Under the pieces are notes generated by a model. That model worked only from the letters and a program-made list of their open reading frames with translations. It had not been told where the DNA came from and did not search any database. Positions 1 to 12,730 of a DNA stretch of 64,000 nucleotides are shown piece after piece. The stretch comes from Amphiscolops sp. MND2022 (taxonomy: Eukaryota), in assembly GCA_964187785.1 (NCBI GenBank), contig OZ076409.1:8124001-8188000 (forward strand). Direction: 5' to 3'. Position numbers and translations under genes: made by a program. The stretch's first letter is position 1. Every line of letters begins with the position of its first letter.

Positions 1-223
1 TTGAGGTCTGCCAAGTTTCAGGGGGTCTGCCAAGGCCAACCCTTTTTACATTTTTCGGCTCTATGCGACTTACCGGAGACTTCAAAAAAATTCAAAAAAA
101 AAGATTTCGGAAACTTTTTTTCCTCATGCGGGCACTGTAGAAGAGAATACTTGACACTTTGAAGTCATTTTGCTATTTTTGAGCCTTAGATATGGCGCCG
201 ACTGGGGCCGTTCCCGGCTTGTT
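1..223 (+). mobile_element. HINE-like non-autonomous element family B, 3' part (cut by window edge)
   Basis: Ends GAGCCTTAGATATGGCGCCGACTggGGCCGTTCCCGGCTTGTT, the same terminus as copies ending near 45716, 48166 and 56110. Confidence 0.6.
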
Positions 224-243
224 TATTTTTCTAGGTGTCATAC

Positions 244-495
244 CATCTTGAGACATTGACCCAGAGTCATGGAAGCTGTGAAGGTGAAGAGTGTGGTGAC
301 ACCCACGACTAGGAGAGCCTCCAGCATCCGCATGCCTCGGCCCTTGGGGATAACGTGGAGAATGCGCCAACGGGTGAGGTAGTAGTTGAGCTGGTTGAAA
401 AGTGCCCCCAGGAGCCCCCCGATGACACCCATCACCACAAACATGAGCACGTCCGGCAGAGACCACAACGTGCAGTTTTCGGCTTCTTTGGGACA
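244..495 (-). CDS. CLCN6: CLC-6-like Cl-/H+ exchanger, coding exon 12 (CPKEAENCTLWSLPDVLMFVVMGVIGGLLGALFNQLN...ASMTLGQCLKM); gene continues left of window
   Basis: ttttgcAG acceptor (497-496), GTatga donor (243-242); peptide matches the CLC-6 segment 'FVVMGVIGGLLGA.FN.LN'; phase 0 with exon 11. Confidence 0.9.
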
Positions 496-707
496 CTGCA
501 AAACACACCAGAGACACATGTGCGGTGAAGGAATCGGAAAAACTAAATGAAGAAATGCTGAGATTCCACATCCGTGGAAATCTCTCGTTCAATCACTTAC
601 TGCTTTAAGCTATCCGAGGTCTAACGCTCTCAAAGCCTCAAAACTATCGCAACTTGACTCAATTCTACTTCTAGACACTACCAAGAAGCTTCTTTACTGC
701 TTACTAC

Positions 708-1008
708 AACCAGAGCCGCATGTGCGGTAAAGAAGTCGGAAATCGATTAAAATATTGATAAACAAATTACCTACTTTATTGCAATTTGCTCATTTTTGGA
801 CTAATTTTGGCCATATTTCTCAAATCCCAGTCACATGATTTAGATGTCATTGCACACGCAGTGGCCCCTTTGGGTGTAGAATGACTGTGCTAAATTTTGT
901 GAAAATCGTAAGGACAGTTTTTGAAAAATTTGAAATATTCATTTGAAGGTCGGGAGAAAAAAGGTACGATTGCATAACCAATCAAAAAATTTTTCCGACT
1001 CCTAAAAA
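708..1008 (-). mobile_element. HINE-like non-autonomous element family A
   Basis: Minus strand: TTTTTAGGAGTCGG ... CCGACTTCTTTA-CCGCACATGCGG hairpin-CTCTGG-TT; related copies at 29799, 43198, 52427, 59130. Confidence 0.65.
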
Positions 1009-2340
1009 CAAAACAGCTGGTCCTCACTTGAATCTTTCTCCGGAATCTTATTTTCATTGAGTAAAACTTCTATGTATCTATAAACTTTTACATTCATGAG
1101 AAATCGAAAAACGTTTTGTGATTCTCAAAAAAGCTCTTTAGTCATTGTGACGGCATGATAAAACGTTTGTTGGCTGAAGTTTTATCATTGCCTGCAAATC
1201 AAACGCGCAATTGTGACGCAACCCTGATTCAAGACGCCCACTGAGCGTCCTGAATTACTCTAGTCGCAGCAAACTCTTAGAACTCTTGCATTTAGATTTC
1301 TCGAAGCTAAAAATATGCTTATTTTTTGTTCTTAATCTTTCATTTTTCATTCCCAAAGATTATTTTATTGCATCATTTTAAGTTTGTTTTGGGGGCTTTT
1401 TTCCACATTTGATTTCTTCTCCAGTGGACTAAGCTCTTTGGAATATGAAATGAGTTTGAGTAGTGAGTTAAAGGTGTGGTTTTATTCTCATACGCTGAAT
1501 GGGCGAGAGAAAAAACGAATATTTTCCATCTCATGATAAAAAATATACCAAAAAAGCCAAAATGTTTCATAATCTAAGGACTGGAAAGTGAATCCTTTCA
1601 ACAACCTTTCGATGTTCTCGCGGAGTGGGCAATAGCAAAGACGTGCACATTCAATAGTGCCATTGTTGCAGAAAATTGAGGCACTTAATCAATTCGAGAA
1701 TCAAAATAAGAGCAATGCAAAACTTTCCACTACAGAACATTGAAAACAGATGCACACACTTGTGGAGACTGTTGAACCTTTTAGCATGCTGCAGGCCTGC
1801 ATGCAGGGTAATTTTTCATAAAACCTAGAAAAGTCAGTAAGGCTTCATTCGTGGATCCACTGCATCAAATTCGAAAATGAATCCTGCTTCATTTTCGACA
1901 CGGTCACTTTTTATTCACACTTTATTTTCGAAACTATTCATCTGATGTGATCACCGATTTTCAAATAACACGCTGAATTTGACGAATTTGCATATTACAA
2001 TGTGACTGGAGATAATTTGCATTAAAACGACGGTAAATCTGATAGCAATTTAGTTGCATTTAAACTTGCAACTGATTTTTAGTAAAACCTGTAAAACTTC
2101 AAACCTTAAACATACCGCCAAGGCTAGATGAATTTTTCAAGCAGCTTGATAAAGGTCGAGTACAACAGCGAAAGACTTTTCCATGAAAGATTCCGTACGA
2201 GAATTAGAAAATCATCTTCAACAAGAAGTAAAAACAACTTCGACAAAGGAGTCCTTGAAACTCTATACGCGATCGATGTACAGTGTATTTCAAGAACTTC
2301 GATCTTTTACAGAGTGAAGTGTAAGTATGCGACAAGCATA

Positions 2341-2628
2341 TACAGAATCTAAATCTCGTTTAGCAAAAATTGAGAGAGTTCAATATTGTATTTGGTGAAG
2401 AACCAACGTCAACTGTTTAAATCAGCGGTAAAACACAACCCACTTTTTCACAAAATCGGAAAAGATTTCATAACATTCGAACAAAATGTGATCAAAATAT
2501 TGAATAAAGGAAACATCAGATTCCGAGATAGCAAAGGCATGAACATTAGAATTTGAACATTAGAATTGAGAAATTTCAAACACTTTCAATTTGCAATACG
2601 CTTTCATTTGCTATTTTAAAGAGCAACA
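2341..2628 (-). repeat. BEL/Pao 3' LTR (distal end uncertain)
   Basis: Ungapped match to 10601-10888 with ~14 substitutions by eye (~95%); starts TGTTGCTC on minus, preceded by GGGCCCGGAGGA. Confidence 0.88.
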
Positions 2629-2799
2629 TCCTCCGGGCCCAAGAAGATGTGGAGAAAGAATCGAACAAAACTTTTTTTTCAATTTTGTATTCGTAAACGA
2701 TTCAGGAAATATAGTAAACGGAAGTTTTTCATGAAATATAGTAATATACGGTGAAACGAAACAAATGTAGTTTATTCGGGAACGAGGAGAACAGGGGCG

Positions 2800-5700
2800 A
2801 GCTTAACAAGGGGACGAACGAGGTTACCAGTTGATGTTTTGACTTCAGCGGATCTGGCGACGGCATCAGTGCCGAAGTTTAACTTCACAACACGGGCAAG
2901 CGGGTAGTGTCCTCTAGGTGCAGTTGGCTCAACTATCCAAACAAGATCTCCGGTCTTGAGCTCTGTTGGGCGACTTGCACCATTTTGAATGGTGATTCAG
3001 ATTTGGAATGTACTCCTTGAGCCAACGATTCCAAATAGCGTCTGAGTACGCTTGGGCACGAACGTACCGCTTTCGATGATCTACTTCGGCGTGAAAATGA
3101 GTAGGTAGCGTTGAACTGGCGGTTCCCAGTAGGAAATGGTTTGGGGTTAGTGCATCTAAGTCTGCTGGGTTGCTACTAGCTGGTGTAATTGGACGAGCGT
3201 TGAGACATTGTTCGATCAAGCAGAACGTTGTCATCAAAATTTCATCTGTCAATCGGCGGTTTCCCAGGACAGCGTACAAGACGTGTTCGAAGCTTCGGAC
3301 AACACGTTCCCAAACACCTCCGTGATGCGGAGCACTAGGTGGATTAAACTTCCATTTTATTCCTTTCCTTACGAATGCTTCTCCGAGGACTTGCTAGTTC
3401 CAATTCTTGATGTTAAACAGGAGTTCTTTCTCACTAGCTACAAAATTTGTCCCATTGTCGGACCAAATAACTGAGGCGATGCCACGACGGGCGCAAAACA
3501 TTTCAATTCCCATCACGCAGCTACTGGTTTCCATACTTGGGACAACTTCCAAGTGAACAACTCAAGTCGTGAGGCATGTGAAGAGAAAACCCCAACGTTT
3601 TTCAGTAGAACGCTTCACAGATACAAAAAAGAGTCCAAAGTAGTCGACGCCAGTGTTTGAAAACGGTGGTTCTTTGAACGCAAGTCTTTCACGGGGCAGG
3701 TCCGCCATTATAGGAGTCAGAGTTTCGGCTCTTCGTTTGCGACAAACAACGCGTCTCGAAACAATGGTTCTCAGGGCGGTTCTTAACTTGACTACAGCAA
3801 ATCGCTGCTGCACCAATGCTCGGAGGTAGTCAACACCCTGATGACAATGTTGTGTGTGCAAGTGTTCCAACAGTAGTTTTGTCAACGGATGACGGGCATC
3901 CAGTATGATGGGATGTTTCACATTAAACGTAGCAATCGTGAGTTGTTTCACTCGTCCCGAAGCTCTTACAAGACCGCCTGGTCCAATAAAGGGAGAAAAT
4001 TGAGCGATTTTAGACTTACCGCTAAGCGACGAGGACTTGAAGAGATTACTTTTTTCTCTTGCAAAGAAATCGGTCTGAACCAAGTAAAAGAGATGTAGTT
4101 CAGCAATTTCAAGTTCTGCAGGATCAGTGATGCCACCAGTTTTACTCTTATACAAGTTACTCTTCAACAAAAGACGAAGCATATAGGCGGTAATGCGCAG
4201 GAGTTTCTCGTATGAGCAATACTTCTGCCACTGAAATGTTTCTGCAATGGCAGTGTGGTGTGCGATTAACATTGTCGACGACTCTGTCATTCATACATCA
4301 TTCGGATCCGGTTTCGCTTGCTTCAGTTTCGTTCGGAAGTTTTCGCATGGCTTGAAAGGCCAGTCAGAAGTTTTCAAGAAACTGGGTCTTTTCAAGCAAC
4401 AACTTGCAAAGAGTTCTTTAGCAGCCAAAACTCAGGTTCCTGCGTCCGCAGGGTTGTCAGCAGACGAAACGTGAAACCATTCGTCTACAGTTGTTCCAGC
4501 TTTGGGATTGTCAAGGCTTTCATTGGTGCAACACGTGCTTTTCCGGAAACAAATGCTAACTCTGTTGAGCTGCCATGTTCGGAAACAATCATTCCTCTCA
4601 GAAAAGCCACGGCACTGAACACGTCTTGCGAACTGTCCCCAAACATGTGTAGTTCCACAAACGCTCGACGTTTTGCTGGAAATAGCTTCTCGGTAAGACA
4701 ATCTGGCTAAGGGATCACAGTTCAGAACTCCACGCTGTAAACTTGGTCACGGTGTCGTCTGGTAGGACGTCGTCCCATTTCTGACCACTCAGTCTCCAAA
4801 TGTCTCTCAAGAGAAGTCGAGCCTTAAGTGTATACGGGGCTACGAGACCAATAGGGTCGTACACGGCAGAGACCAGACTCCACACGATTCTTTGACTGAC
4901 AGTTCGTTGTGTGTCCGGCGTTGTACCTCGACTGACAACAAGTGTGTCTGATTTGTGATTCCACTTGAGGCCAAGGATGTGGGAAGACTCGTCCTGTGTC
5001 GGCAATTGTTTTCCATCATTGCTTTGATTCTCTGAATCCGGTTCAATTTGATTCAAAATCTTCGGGTCGTTTGATACGAACTTGTTGAGTTTGAAACCGC
5101 CTAATAAAAGCATTTTCACCAAGTCTTTAGCCTTCTAGGCAGCTTCTTCCGCGGTTGGGCTCGACTCGAGATAGTCGTCCATGTAATAGTTGGTGTGCAC
5201 GCTCTGAGCAGCTTTTGGGAACATGTCAGCGTTGTCTGTTGCGGTTCTCTTCAGAGCGTAATTTGCGCAAGTCGGAGAGTCCTTCGCGAAAAAGATGTGT
5301 CTGACGTATTGAAACACAGAAACTTCGGTTGATGGATCCTCCCACCACAAAAAACGAATGGACGGCTGGTCTTTCGGAATAACTCCTACTTGTAGGAACA
5401 TTCCTTCAATGTCGGCGGATACGGCGTTGGGGTACTGACGGAATCTAAAAAGGATGTGGATCAAGTTTTGCAGCATATCCGAGCCGTTCAAAAGAACATT
5501 GTTTAGAGAATACCCGTGGAACTTCGCAGCACCATTGAGAACTCTTCTAACTTTACCGGGTTTGTGCGGATGGATCACGGGATTATGTGGCAAGTACCAC
5601 TCACGACAGTTGTTGGTTCGGAAGCACTCGAATTTATCGATTTTAACAATATACCCTTTTCCAAAATCCTCTTGGATTGTTTTGCTGTAGCTTTATTTCA

Positions 5701-8700
5701 GTTGAGTATCTTAAGGCGACGCTCCAACGATTTCATTTGAACGAGAGCCGAGAAGTAGTTGTTCGGCAACGTACTTTCTTTGTCGGCCCACAACATTCCA
5801 ACTTGGTAACGGCAGCCATCATTGAATTGTTGTCTCTTCGAGAATCTTCATCGCTTGCGCATCGGCAGCGGAACGAGAGTCAGCTTGTTTGTAAGCTCCA
5901 TATGACTCCATGTCATACCAGCTACGAAGTTGTTCGGCGAGAATTGAATCCTTTTCAGAGCTAGCAACAGCCTTGAAACAAGTCGAGAAAAGACCCGTGG
6001 CTAAGGAAGTGGACCACTCAATACCCAACCCAACGGTAAACGAACGGCGATTGGAACATTCGCACGGTCGGATTCGAAGTACTCCAATGGGCGGATAGAA
6101 TGGAAAACATCCTGGCCAAGAATCAACTCAACATCGGCATAGCTGTACTTGCTCAGGGGAACCGGTTCTAAGTGCGGGTACTTAGTTTTCAGATTTACGA
6201 CGTCTATCAAATCGTTTCCGATTTTCAAGTCGTTTCGAACAAATGGTTTCACGGCAAAGGATGAACAAGAGTCACCTGAATGAACGGGTGTCAACTTGAG
6301 TTCAACTGTTTCCGTGTCTATCAGTTGTTGGGAGTTTAACCCCGTGGACAGTTACTTTAGTTGGAGAGCCTTTAACCTGGACTCTGTCAGCCAATCTTTT
6401 CGAAATCCAAGAGTGACTACAAGCTGAGTCACACAAGACAAGTACCTTTTCCGAGCTTGACGGAGATTCTAACTCAACTTCCGTAATCTGTAACAAACCT
6501 TTGACGTCGGACACGGAAGGCATGCCGGAACTCTCGCTGCTGGATTGTTTCCGACTGACCTTGGATGATCTACCAGTATCAACTTTGTTATTTTTGCTTT
6601 CTTCATTTGATGTTCTTCGTGGAAATATTCTGTCAGAGACGTGCAGTAAAGTATTGTGAGAGCTACTACAGCCTTCCGTAGTACATTGTCTTGGTTGGGG
6701 GCATTGGCGAAAGGCGTGCCCTTCGTTGAGAGAAAAAAAGCAGAGCTTGCCCTCTGCAGCTAACTTAGTTCGCTCTGTTGGTGTTTTTCGGCGGGAAACT
6801 GGACAACGCCAAAGCGGATTACTGTCTTTGCAGGCTACACAGTGTCTGTCACCTTTTGGTTTGGTTTCAGTAGTTACTTGATTACTGGTGGTCGCGGCAA
6901 AAACCTTGGTTCCTGTTTTGGTCTTGGTTACAGTTGAAGCAGGAAAGTCTTCAGCTTTGGACTTACTGGAAGTGGCTTTCATTCTTTCATGCGCTTCTGC
7001 TTTCTCCTTTAGTCAGTCATTGAAATGAATCAGTGTTGGTCGGTCCAGATTTTGTTTCACAGTGTTCATTGACCAAGCTTCCTTCAGGTTGGGCGGAAGT
7101 TTCTGAATGGCTTGGCCTAGCAGGGAAGCACTTGACAGATCTTGTAAATAGTTTAGGGAGCGGAAGACTCCCACGAGTGACGAAACTGTTGCCGAATAGC
7201 TTATTATGCTGTCACTATTGTGCATTTTGACTGGTGGGTACTTTGCAAGTTTGTCTAAATAAGCGCTCACAACGGTCTGTGGTTGTCCGAACTTGCGCTC
7301 CAATGTCTTCAAGGCGTCCTTGTACATGGCGCCACAGTAAGCAAATTCAGCAATTGCCGTCTTAGCCTTGCCGGAAACCAAGGTTTTCAAGTAAGTCAGT
7401 TTCACGTCATCGGTTAAAGGCGCTGAGTCAATGGCACTCTTAAACTGGCCAAACCACTGGTGCCATTGAAGTGGATCCCCACTGTATTGAGCCAATTTCC
7501 ATTCTGGAAGATGGTCCTTTTTCGATGACATTAACAGTTGTGCCAGATCTTGAACTGTGAAACTGCTTGTCGGTGGTTGTGGAGGGGCGATTGTTGGAGA
7601 CGATGCAAATGACAATGCGGTTGGTGAAATAGTAGAGACGGTCGGAAGTGGTGCACTAGTAGGCATTGTTACGGTAGCCAGGGACGATGGACTGAGATAG
7701 TACACAGTTCCTCCTGCAGTGACTGGAGTAACGGGTGTTGGAGTGGGATTACCAGTGGTAGTTGGAACCACTGTAGGTAACGTTGGTGTTAGTTGAATCG
7801 AAGTGGTGACGGGAATCACACCTGTCGGCGCGTTGTTGGTGGCAGGTGGAAACGTCCATGCAGACAAATTCGGTAAAACATGGCTTGCGGGAACGGTTAA
7901 CGGTTGTGACTGCACCATTACGGTTGGCACGATGGGTGGCGCAAATGCATTTGTCGTCGGTGTACTCATCACCGGAGGATTGACAGGTAAATGGGCCGCA
8001 CCCATGGTTGCTTGTGGAACGGTAATGGTCTGTAGTTGCATTGCGGGTGCATTATTTGATGTCGACGCTGTACCGGATACAGTGTGTACATTTGCAATTC
8101 CAACGATTGGTTTAATGCTCGGACTTGTAGTTGTAACAGGCAAAACAATTGCTTCCTGTTCTGGCATGGTCCCAGTCACGGTGTTCGTAGGAGCAGATGC
8201 GTTAACAACAGGTGAGTTGTTTACCCACTCTTTAACACGTGCTGTCCCGTCGGCTTTGAATGAAAGCTGCGACAACGTTTCCTCCAAATTGAGTTGGGAA
8301 TCGGACAAGTCATCTCTCAGTTCGAGCTCCGTGAGGGTTGCCTCAGCAAAATTTTTCCGGTTTTCCTCCTGTAGTTCTTCAACTCTGAGTGCTTGTTCTT
8401 TCCTTAGACGTTAAGCTTTAATACGTAGATACTCTTGTTCATGTTGGAGACATTCAAGCTCTAGTTCTTGCTGTTGCTTTGCTATTCGAAGCGCTGCTTC
8501 GTTTTGTTTCTCTATTTCTTCTTTACGTTGTTTTGCAATCAACAAGTCCCTCTGTCTTTGACTAGATGTTCTTGATTGACGCGACGTTTTTGCACTTGAT
8601 GTTTTGCTTGGTTGCTTATTTTTTGGAGTGGCTGCCGTAGACGGTTCAGATGCTACATCGACACTCGGACATTCATCGATGTAACTACGAGCCTTTTTCA

Positions 8701-8995
8701 GAATTGTGTCGTTTTGAGTAGTCACTTCGCTCAACCAAGATTCTAAATCGTGTTTGACTAGCGACGGGTCTTCTGTTTTCGTAGCCAAGTTTAACAAAAG
8801 GTCATGCTTTGAAAGCAACGTTGTCATGGCTTCCTCACATGAACTTACAAGTCGCTCCACGCGGACGCGTCGCTCTTCATCTTCTACGGCATCTTGAACT
8901 TTTTGCTGGGCTCTTCGTAGTTCAGTTTCCGCCTTGGAACGGCTTTCGAATAGTTTTCGAACCTTTTCTTGCATCGGTTCAGCCATTGTTCTCAA
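2800..8995 (-). pseudogene. BEL/Pao gag-pol, broken by stops, frameshifts and an internal deletion
   Basis: EWKLAQYSGDPLQWHQWFGQF (DUF1759-like); CxxC-type knuckles in 6302-6982; LCDSACSHSWI protease; ADIEGMF and YMDD RT; YDPIGL and NPADAGT Pao motifs; H..HCHQG and GVDYFG integrase; LTPNHFLLG C-terminal motif. Confidence 0.9.
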
Positions 8996-9477
8996 AATTG
9001 CCGAAACAAGGATAAAACTCGTTATTTACGGCCTGTTTTCGGTCACAAATGCTCACAAACAAGCTCTATTGCAGTGTCAACTAAGCAATTGAGCTCAGAC
9101 ACAGCTGATTGAAAGGGATATTGGAGCTGAAGCGTGTCGGTGATGTTTGTTTTCTTTGAGAGTAGTCACCAACTACAATACTGCAGTTGATGGGACGAAA
9201 CAAAGATTTTAGAACGCGCGTTGCCCGAAAAGGTGGCAATTCGTCCTTTTTTTGGTGCTCGAAGAGCGAGGAAGACCGAAAAGACCTCAAGCGGACAGTT
9301 AAGTCCGGACACAGTCTACACGGCGAGGAGGGAAAAGGAAAGTTGTTTCTGAGTATCAACCGGACAGTAAAGTACGGACGCAACTCAGAAAACAGACGAA
9401 ATGGCTGTAGGAACTTCAACCAAACAATGAAGTCTGGACACCGTTGCTACAGCACTGTAAAGATTGAAGAAAGGAGT

Positions 9478-10098
9478 TTAGGACGACGGAGCAGCAGCTA
9501 CTGCTTTCTGAATAGCCTTTCGGGCGCGCTTACTGGGCCGCTTCGGGCGGCTTTTATCGGTTATGCTGTTAAGCTTGCTCTCCTTCCGCAGGAGAAAGTC
9601 AATATGCTTCAACTCAATCTCGGGGCTCTGGTGTAACACCTTAAGTTTTTTGAGAAAATCAGGATCTTTCTGTTTTCTCGTGAAAATGAAATCATCAACG
9701 ATACTGAACACTTTAATGTTTGTTGTGTTTTCAATTTCCTTCAAATTCGGCAAAATGTTCGGGGTACGGAAACGGTGGCAATACACAAGAGCCCGAAGCT
9801 TGTTTTCGAAGAATTCCAAAATCTCCAACAATTGCGGAACAGTTAAAGGACGGAAGTTATTGCTCTCGTGGTTGGAAATGCTAATATTTAACACATCATG
9901 CCAAATAACGATGTCAGTTTTGTCGGAAAGTTCTTTAGAGAGCAAGTTTTGAACGATCTTTTTTGGGTTTTTTGTGTTTACATTAAGGCTTAGGCTCGGA
10001 AGAGAGTAAAGTTTTTCGTTATAGTTTTTTCGGTTTTCGGGGTTTAGGGTTTTGAGGGCATGATATACGGAACTTGCCGCTACAATAAATACCATCAA
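9478..10098 (-). CDS. Accessory ORF of the BEL/Pao element, divergent SGNH/GDSL-hydrolase-fold-like protein (~206 aa)
   Basis: Open ORF between 5' LTR and gag; VFIVAASS, DIVIWHDVLN and LHQS spaced like SGNH blocks I, III and V; basic C-terminal tail. Confidence 0.5.
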   Translation of the reverse strand: MMVFIVAASSVYHALKTLNPENRKNYNEKLYSLPSLSLNVNTKNPKKIVQNLLSKELSDKTDIVIWHDVLNISISNHESNNFRPLTVPQLLEILEFFENKLRALVYCHRFRTPNILPNLKEIENTTNIKVFSIVDDFIFTRKQKDPDFLKKLKVLHQSPEIELKHIDFLLRKESKLNSITDKSRPKRPSKRARKAIQKAVAAAPSS

Positions 10099-10583
10099 GT
10101 TTTTTGATGCCGTGAAAACTTCAGTGTTACGAGATTGTTATCAACAAGTATGATTATTCCGGCTAGAAAGAATCAATTCACAAAGCGCAGTGAAGTTGAA
10201 ATTCCCTTCCTTTTCACTGAAATTAATCACCAGAGCTTTTTTGACATCCTTTCTGAGATTTTGTTACTTTGCATTCACACGATTTTGCTATCTCGAACAA
10301 AACAATGAAAGAAACTCTCTGGTTTTCAAGTTCTGAAGTTTTTTGTTTTTCCCAGTTACTCACAACAAAAGCTCCTCTATAGGTTAGGGGCTACTCTACG
10401 GGGTTTCGGGCACCTTCAGAGCTTTGTGGAACCTTCGGCTCATCGGGGTTTCGGGAATACACTTTCGGGTTCTGGCGTCAACGGGGCCATTTGGAATAAT
10501 GCTTCTGTGAGAGTATTAGTCGTAGCAGTAGTAGTAGAAAGAAGGAAAGTACTTTGACAATCAGGGCCTCTCAATGGCCACCT

Positions 10584-10888
10584 TGAAAAAAATATAGAAA
10601 TAAAGAATCTATATCTCGTTTGGCAAAAATTGAGAGAGTTCAATATTGTATTTGGTGAAGAACCAACGTCAACTGTTTAAATCAGCGGTAAAACACAACC
10701 CACTTTTTGACAAAGTCGGAAAAGATTTCATAACATTTGAATAAAATGTGATTAAAATATTGAATAAAGGGAACATCAGATTCCGAGATAGCAAAGGCAT
10801 GATTATTAGAATTTGAACATTAGAATTGAGAAGTTTCAAACACTTTCATTTTGCAATACGCTTTCATTTGCTATTTCAAAGAGCAACA
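10584..10888 (-). repeat. BEL/Pao 5' LTR
   Basis: TG...CA on minus; followed by PBS-like aGGTGGCCATTGAGAGG; matches 2341-2628. Confidence 0.85.
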
Positions 10889-11286
10889 TGCGACAAACTC
10901 GTCCAAAACAACTAACCGAATACAACTCACCGAATACAACTCGTCAAAATTAAGGCACGGAAAACGGGTGAAAAACTAACTTGTTGTTTAGACTCAAACT
11001 CGTCTGTTACAAAAAATCATTAGGCTGTCAAATAATCCATGAGAAAAGCGTTTCGTACAAATTTTATTGCGTAACATAAATACCTGTTATGTGTTTAGAG
11101 ATTCACTTTTCAGTTTGTAATTTATTCAAAATTACCTGGTGGGAATTTATAGGTTTTAGGATGACAATAGAAAACGACTCTGCTGTTTAAAAAGAAACTT
11201 CAGTCATTAATATGCATCGAGACGACAAAATAATACGACCATTAGGAATCTTAAGGACACTTCCCGTGAAGACCTCTGCAACATCC

Positions 11287-11553
11287 TGTGCTGCTTTTAA
11301 TGGTTGGTTAGTTCTTTGGATGGTATTATTCACAACTACTAAAAACGGCTGAGAGACAGACTAGCTAGCTTACTTTATTACAACTAGTTCGAGGTGTTAG
11401 AAGTAGAACAAAAAGGAAGTCAACTGAATACTGATTATTAGTTTTCTCTCTCTGAGGGAGTAGAGATTTACAATCATTCAATAACAAATAAATGTACATT
11501 CTAGAACATTCTAAACATCTAAATACTATTGGTTATTAATGTAGGTCAGTACA
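11287..11553 (-). repeat. Giant element 3' LTR (267 bp)
   Basis: Differs from 29419-29687 by 2 substitutions and one 2-bp indel; AATAAA on the minus strand; preceded by PPT-like CCGGGATGGA. Confidence 0.95.
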
Positions 11554-11734
11554 TCCATCCCGGTTTTTAAATAAAATAAAATTTTAAAGTAGCATCATTA
11601 ATTGAAATGAAGAAAAATTTTTTGTTTAAATGTTCTTAGCGTTTCAGCTAGTTAACATTTTTCAATAGATGGATGATTAGCATAAGTCTCGTTAAGAGTG
11701 GTGTAAGTTCGACTCATTGGTGTACCTCGAACTG

Positions 11735-12061
11735 TCAAAATTTTGATTGACACCTCGTAGGTGCGACTACAGTTCGAAAAGCGTCAAAGTGTTCTTTTTC
11801 ACTATGCTTTCGTCGGCTTGTTTTTTGAACTGGTAGATGCTCAATTTTATGCTTCTGTTGAAGTTTATGAAAGAACTTCGCATTGAACAAACGTGAGCAA
11901 ACATCATACGAGTTAAAGGTCAAAGAGTCATTGAAATAATATCGTTGAGAAAAATTTTCATCGAGCGTGAAATTTGTCTGAAAAGATTCCAGGTTGTGAT
12001 TAACTTTGGCGGGTTTGTTATGTAACAAATGTTGAAAACTTTGAGAATTTGGGTCTGTCAT
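11735..12061 (-). CDS. Accessory ORF C of giant element, unknown function (108 aa)
   Basis: ATG-initiated sense-strand ORF just upstream of the 3' LTR; no recognised motif. Confidence 0.35.
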   Translation of the reverse strand: MTDPNSQSFQHLLHNKPAKVNHNLESFQTNFTLDENFSQRYYFNDSLTFNSYDVCSRLFNAKFFHKLQQKHKIEHLPVQKTSRRKHSEKEHFDAFRTVVAPTRCQSKF

Positions 12062-12730
12062 TATTCGAATTTGATTTGAACAATGTGCTTGATCTAATTT
12101 TGAGCTGGTTTTGTTGAAGTTTGAAAAGATTTGTTGATAAAATTTGTGAATTTTTTGGATAGGATAGCACCGAAAAATAATAATTATTACTAATTATTCT
12201 TTAAAAATAAAGCAAATAAATATCGGTACGGGTGTGAAGAAAAGACTTTTGGGCAAATAAATGTGGGTGGGGATGAAATTTGAAATAAGAACTACATAGT
12301 GAATATTTTCGGTAAGAGTTTGAATTCATTGAAATATTAGATGACTTTGAAACTTTTCGAAATGTTATCATGCACAATGTTTTTTCTTTGAGGTTTCTTT
12401 ATTATTAAATATCAATCATCTTCGGCTGAGAATGTGGGTGACGATTGAAGATTGGAAGATGGATGAAGAAGGGTCAGCAGATGAATGAAGATGGGCAACT
12501 GTTGGGCGGCGATGAAGTTGAAGATGGGTGCTGATCTGCGACGATCAATCGTTGAAGATGTGGAATTCGAAGATGGGAGTAGACAGGTGCTGTTGATGGC
12601 GTCTGTTGATATTAGAAAAAAACGTAAGTATATGTTTTGTGCGGGTAATTATCATCTAAAAGTGCTTCTGGAGGGTCTTTTTGAAGTTCTTCGTCAGTAT
12701 CATCGTTATCATCTGAAGGCCAATAAGAAT

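Larger units (their letters stand above)
2341..10888 (-). mobile_element. BEL/Pao LTR retrotransposon, decayed, ~8.5 kb
   Basis: Paired 288-bp direct repeats, purine-rich tract before the 3' LTR, and gag (DUF1759-like, zinc knuckles)-protease-RT (YMDD)-Pao RNase H-integrase in fragmented ORFs. Confidence 0.92.

Noticed and set aside
173..592. 139-aa minus-strand ORF
   Set aside because: Alternate frame over CLCN6 exon 12 plus intron and repeat sequence
7803..8414. 203-aa plus-strand ORF, and the other antisense ORFs over the retroelements
   Set aside because: Shadow frames of low-complexity or strand-biased gag/pol sequence, with no motifs
9253..9272. PBS-like TGGTGCTCGAAGAGCGAGG on the plus strand
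   Set aside because: Wrong strand for the BEL element and not adjacent to any LTR
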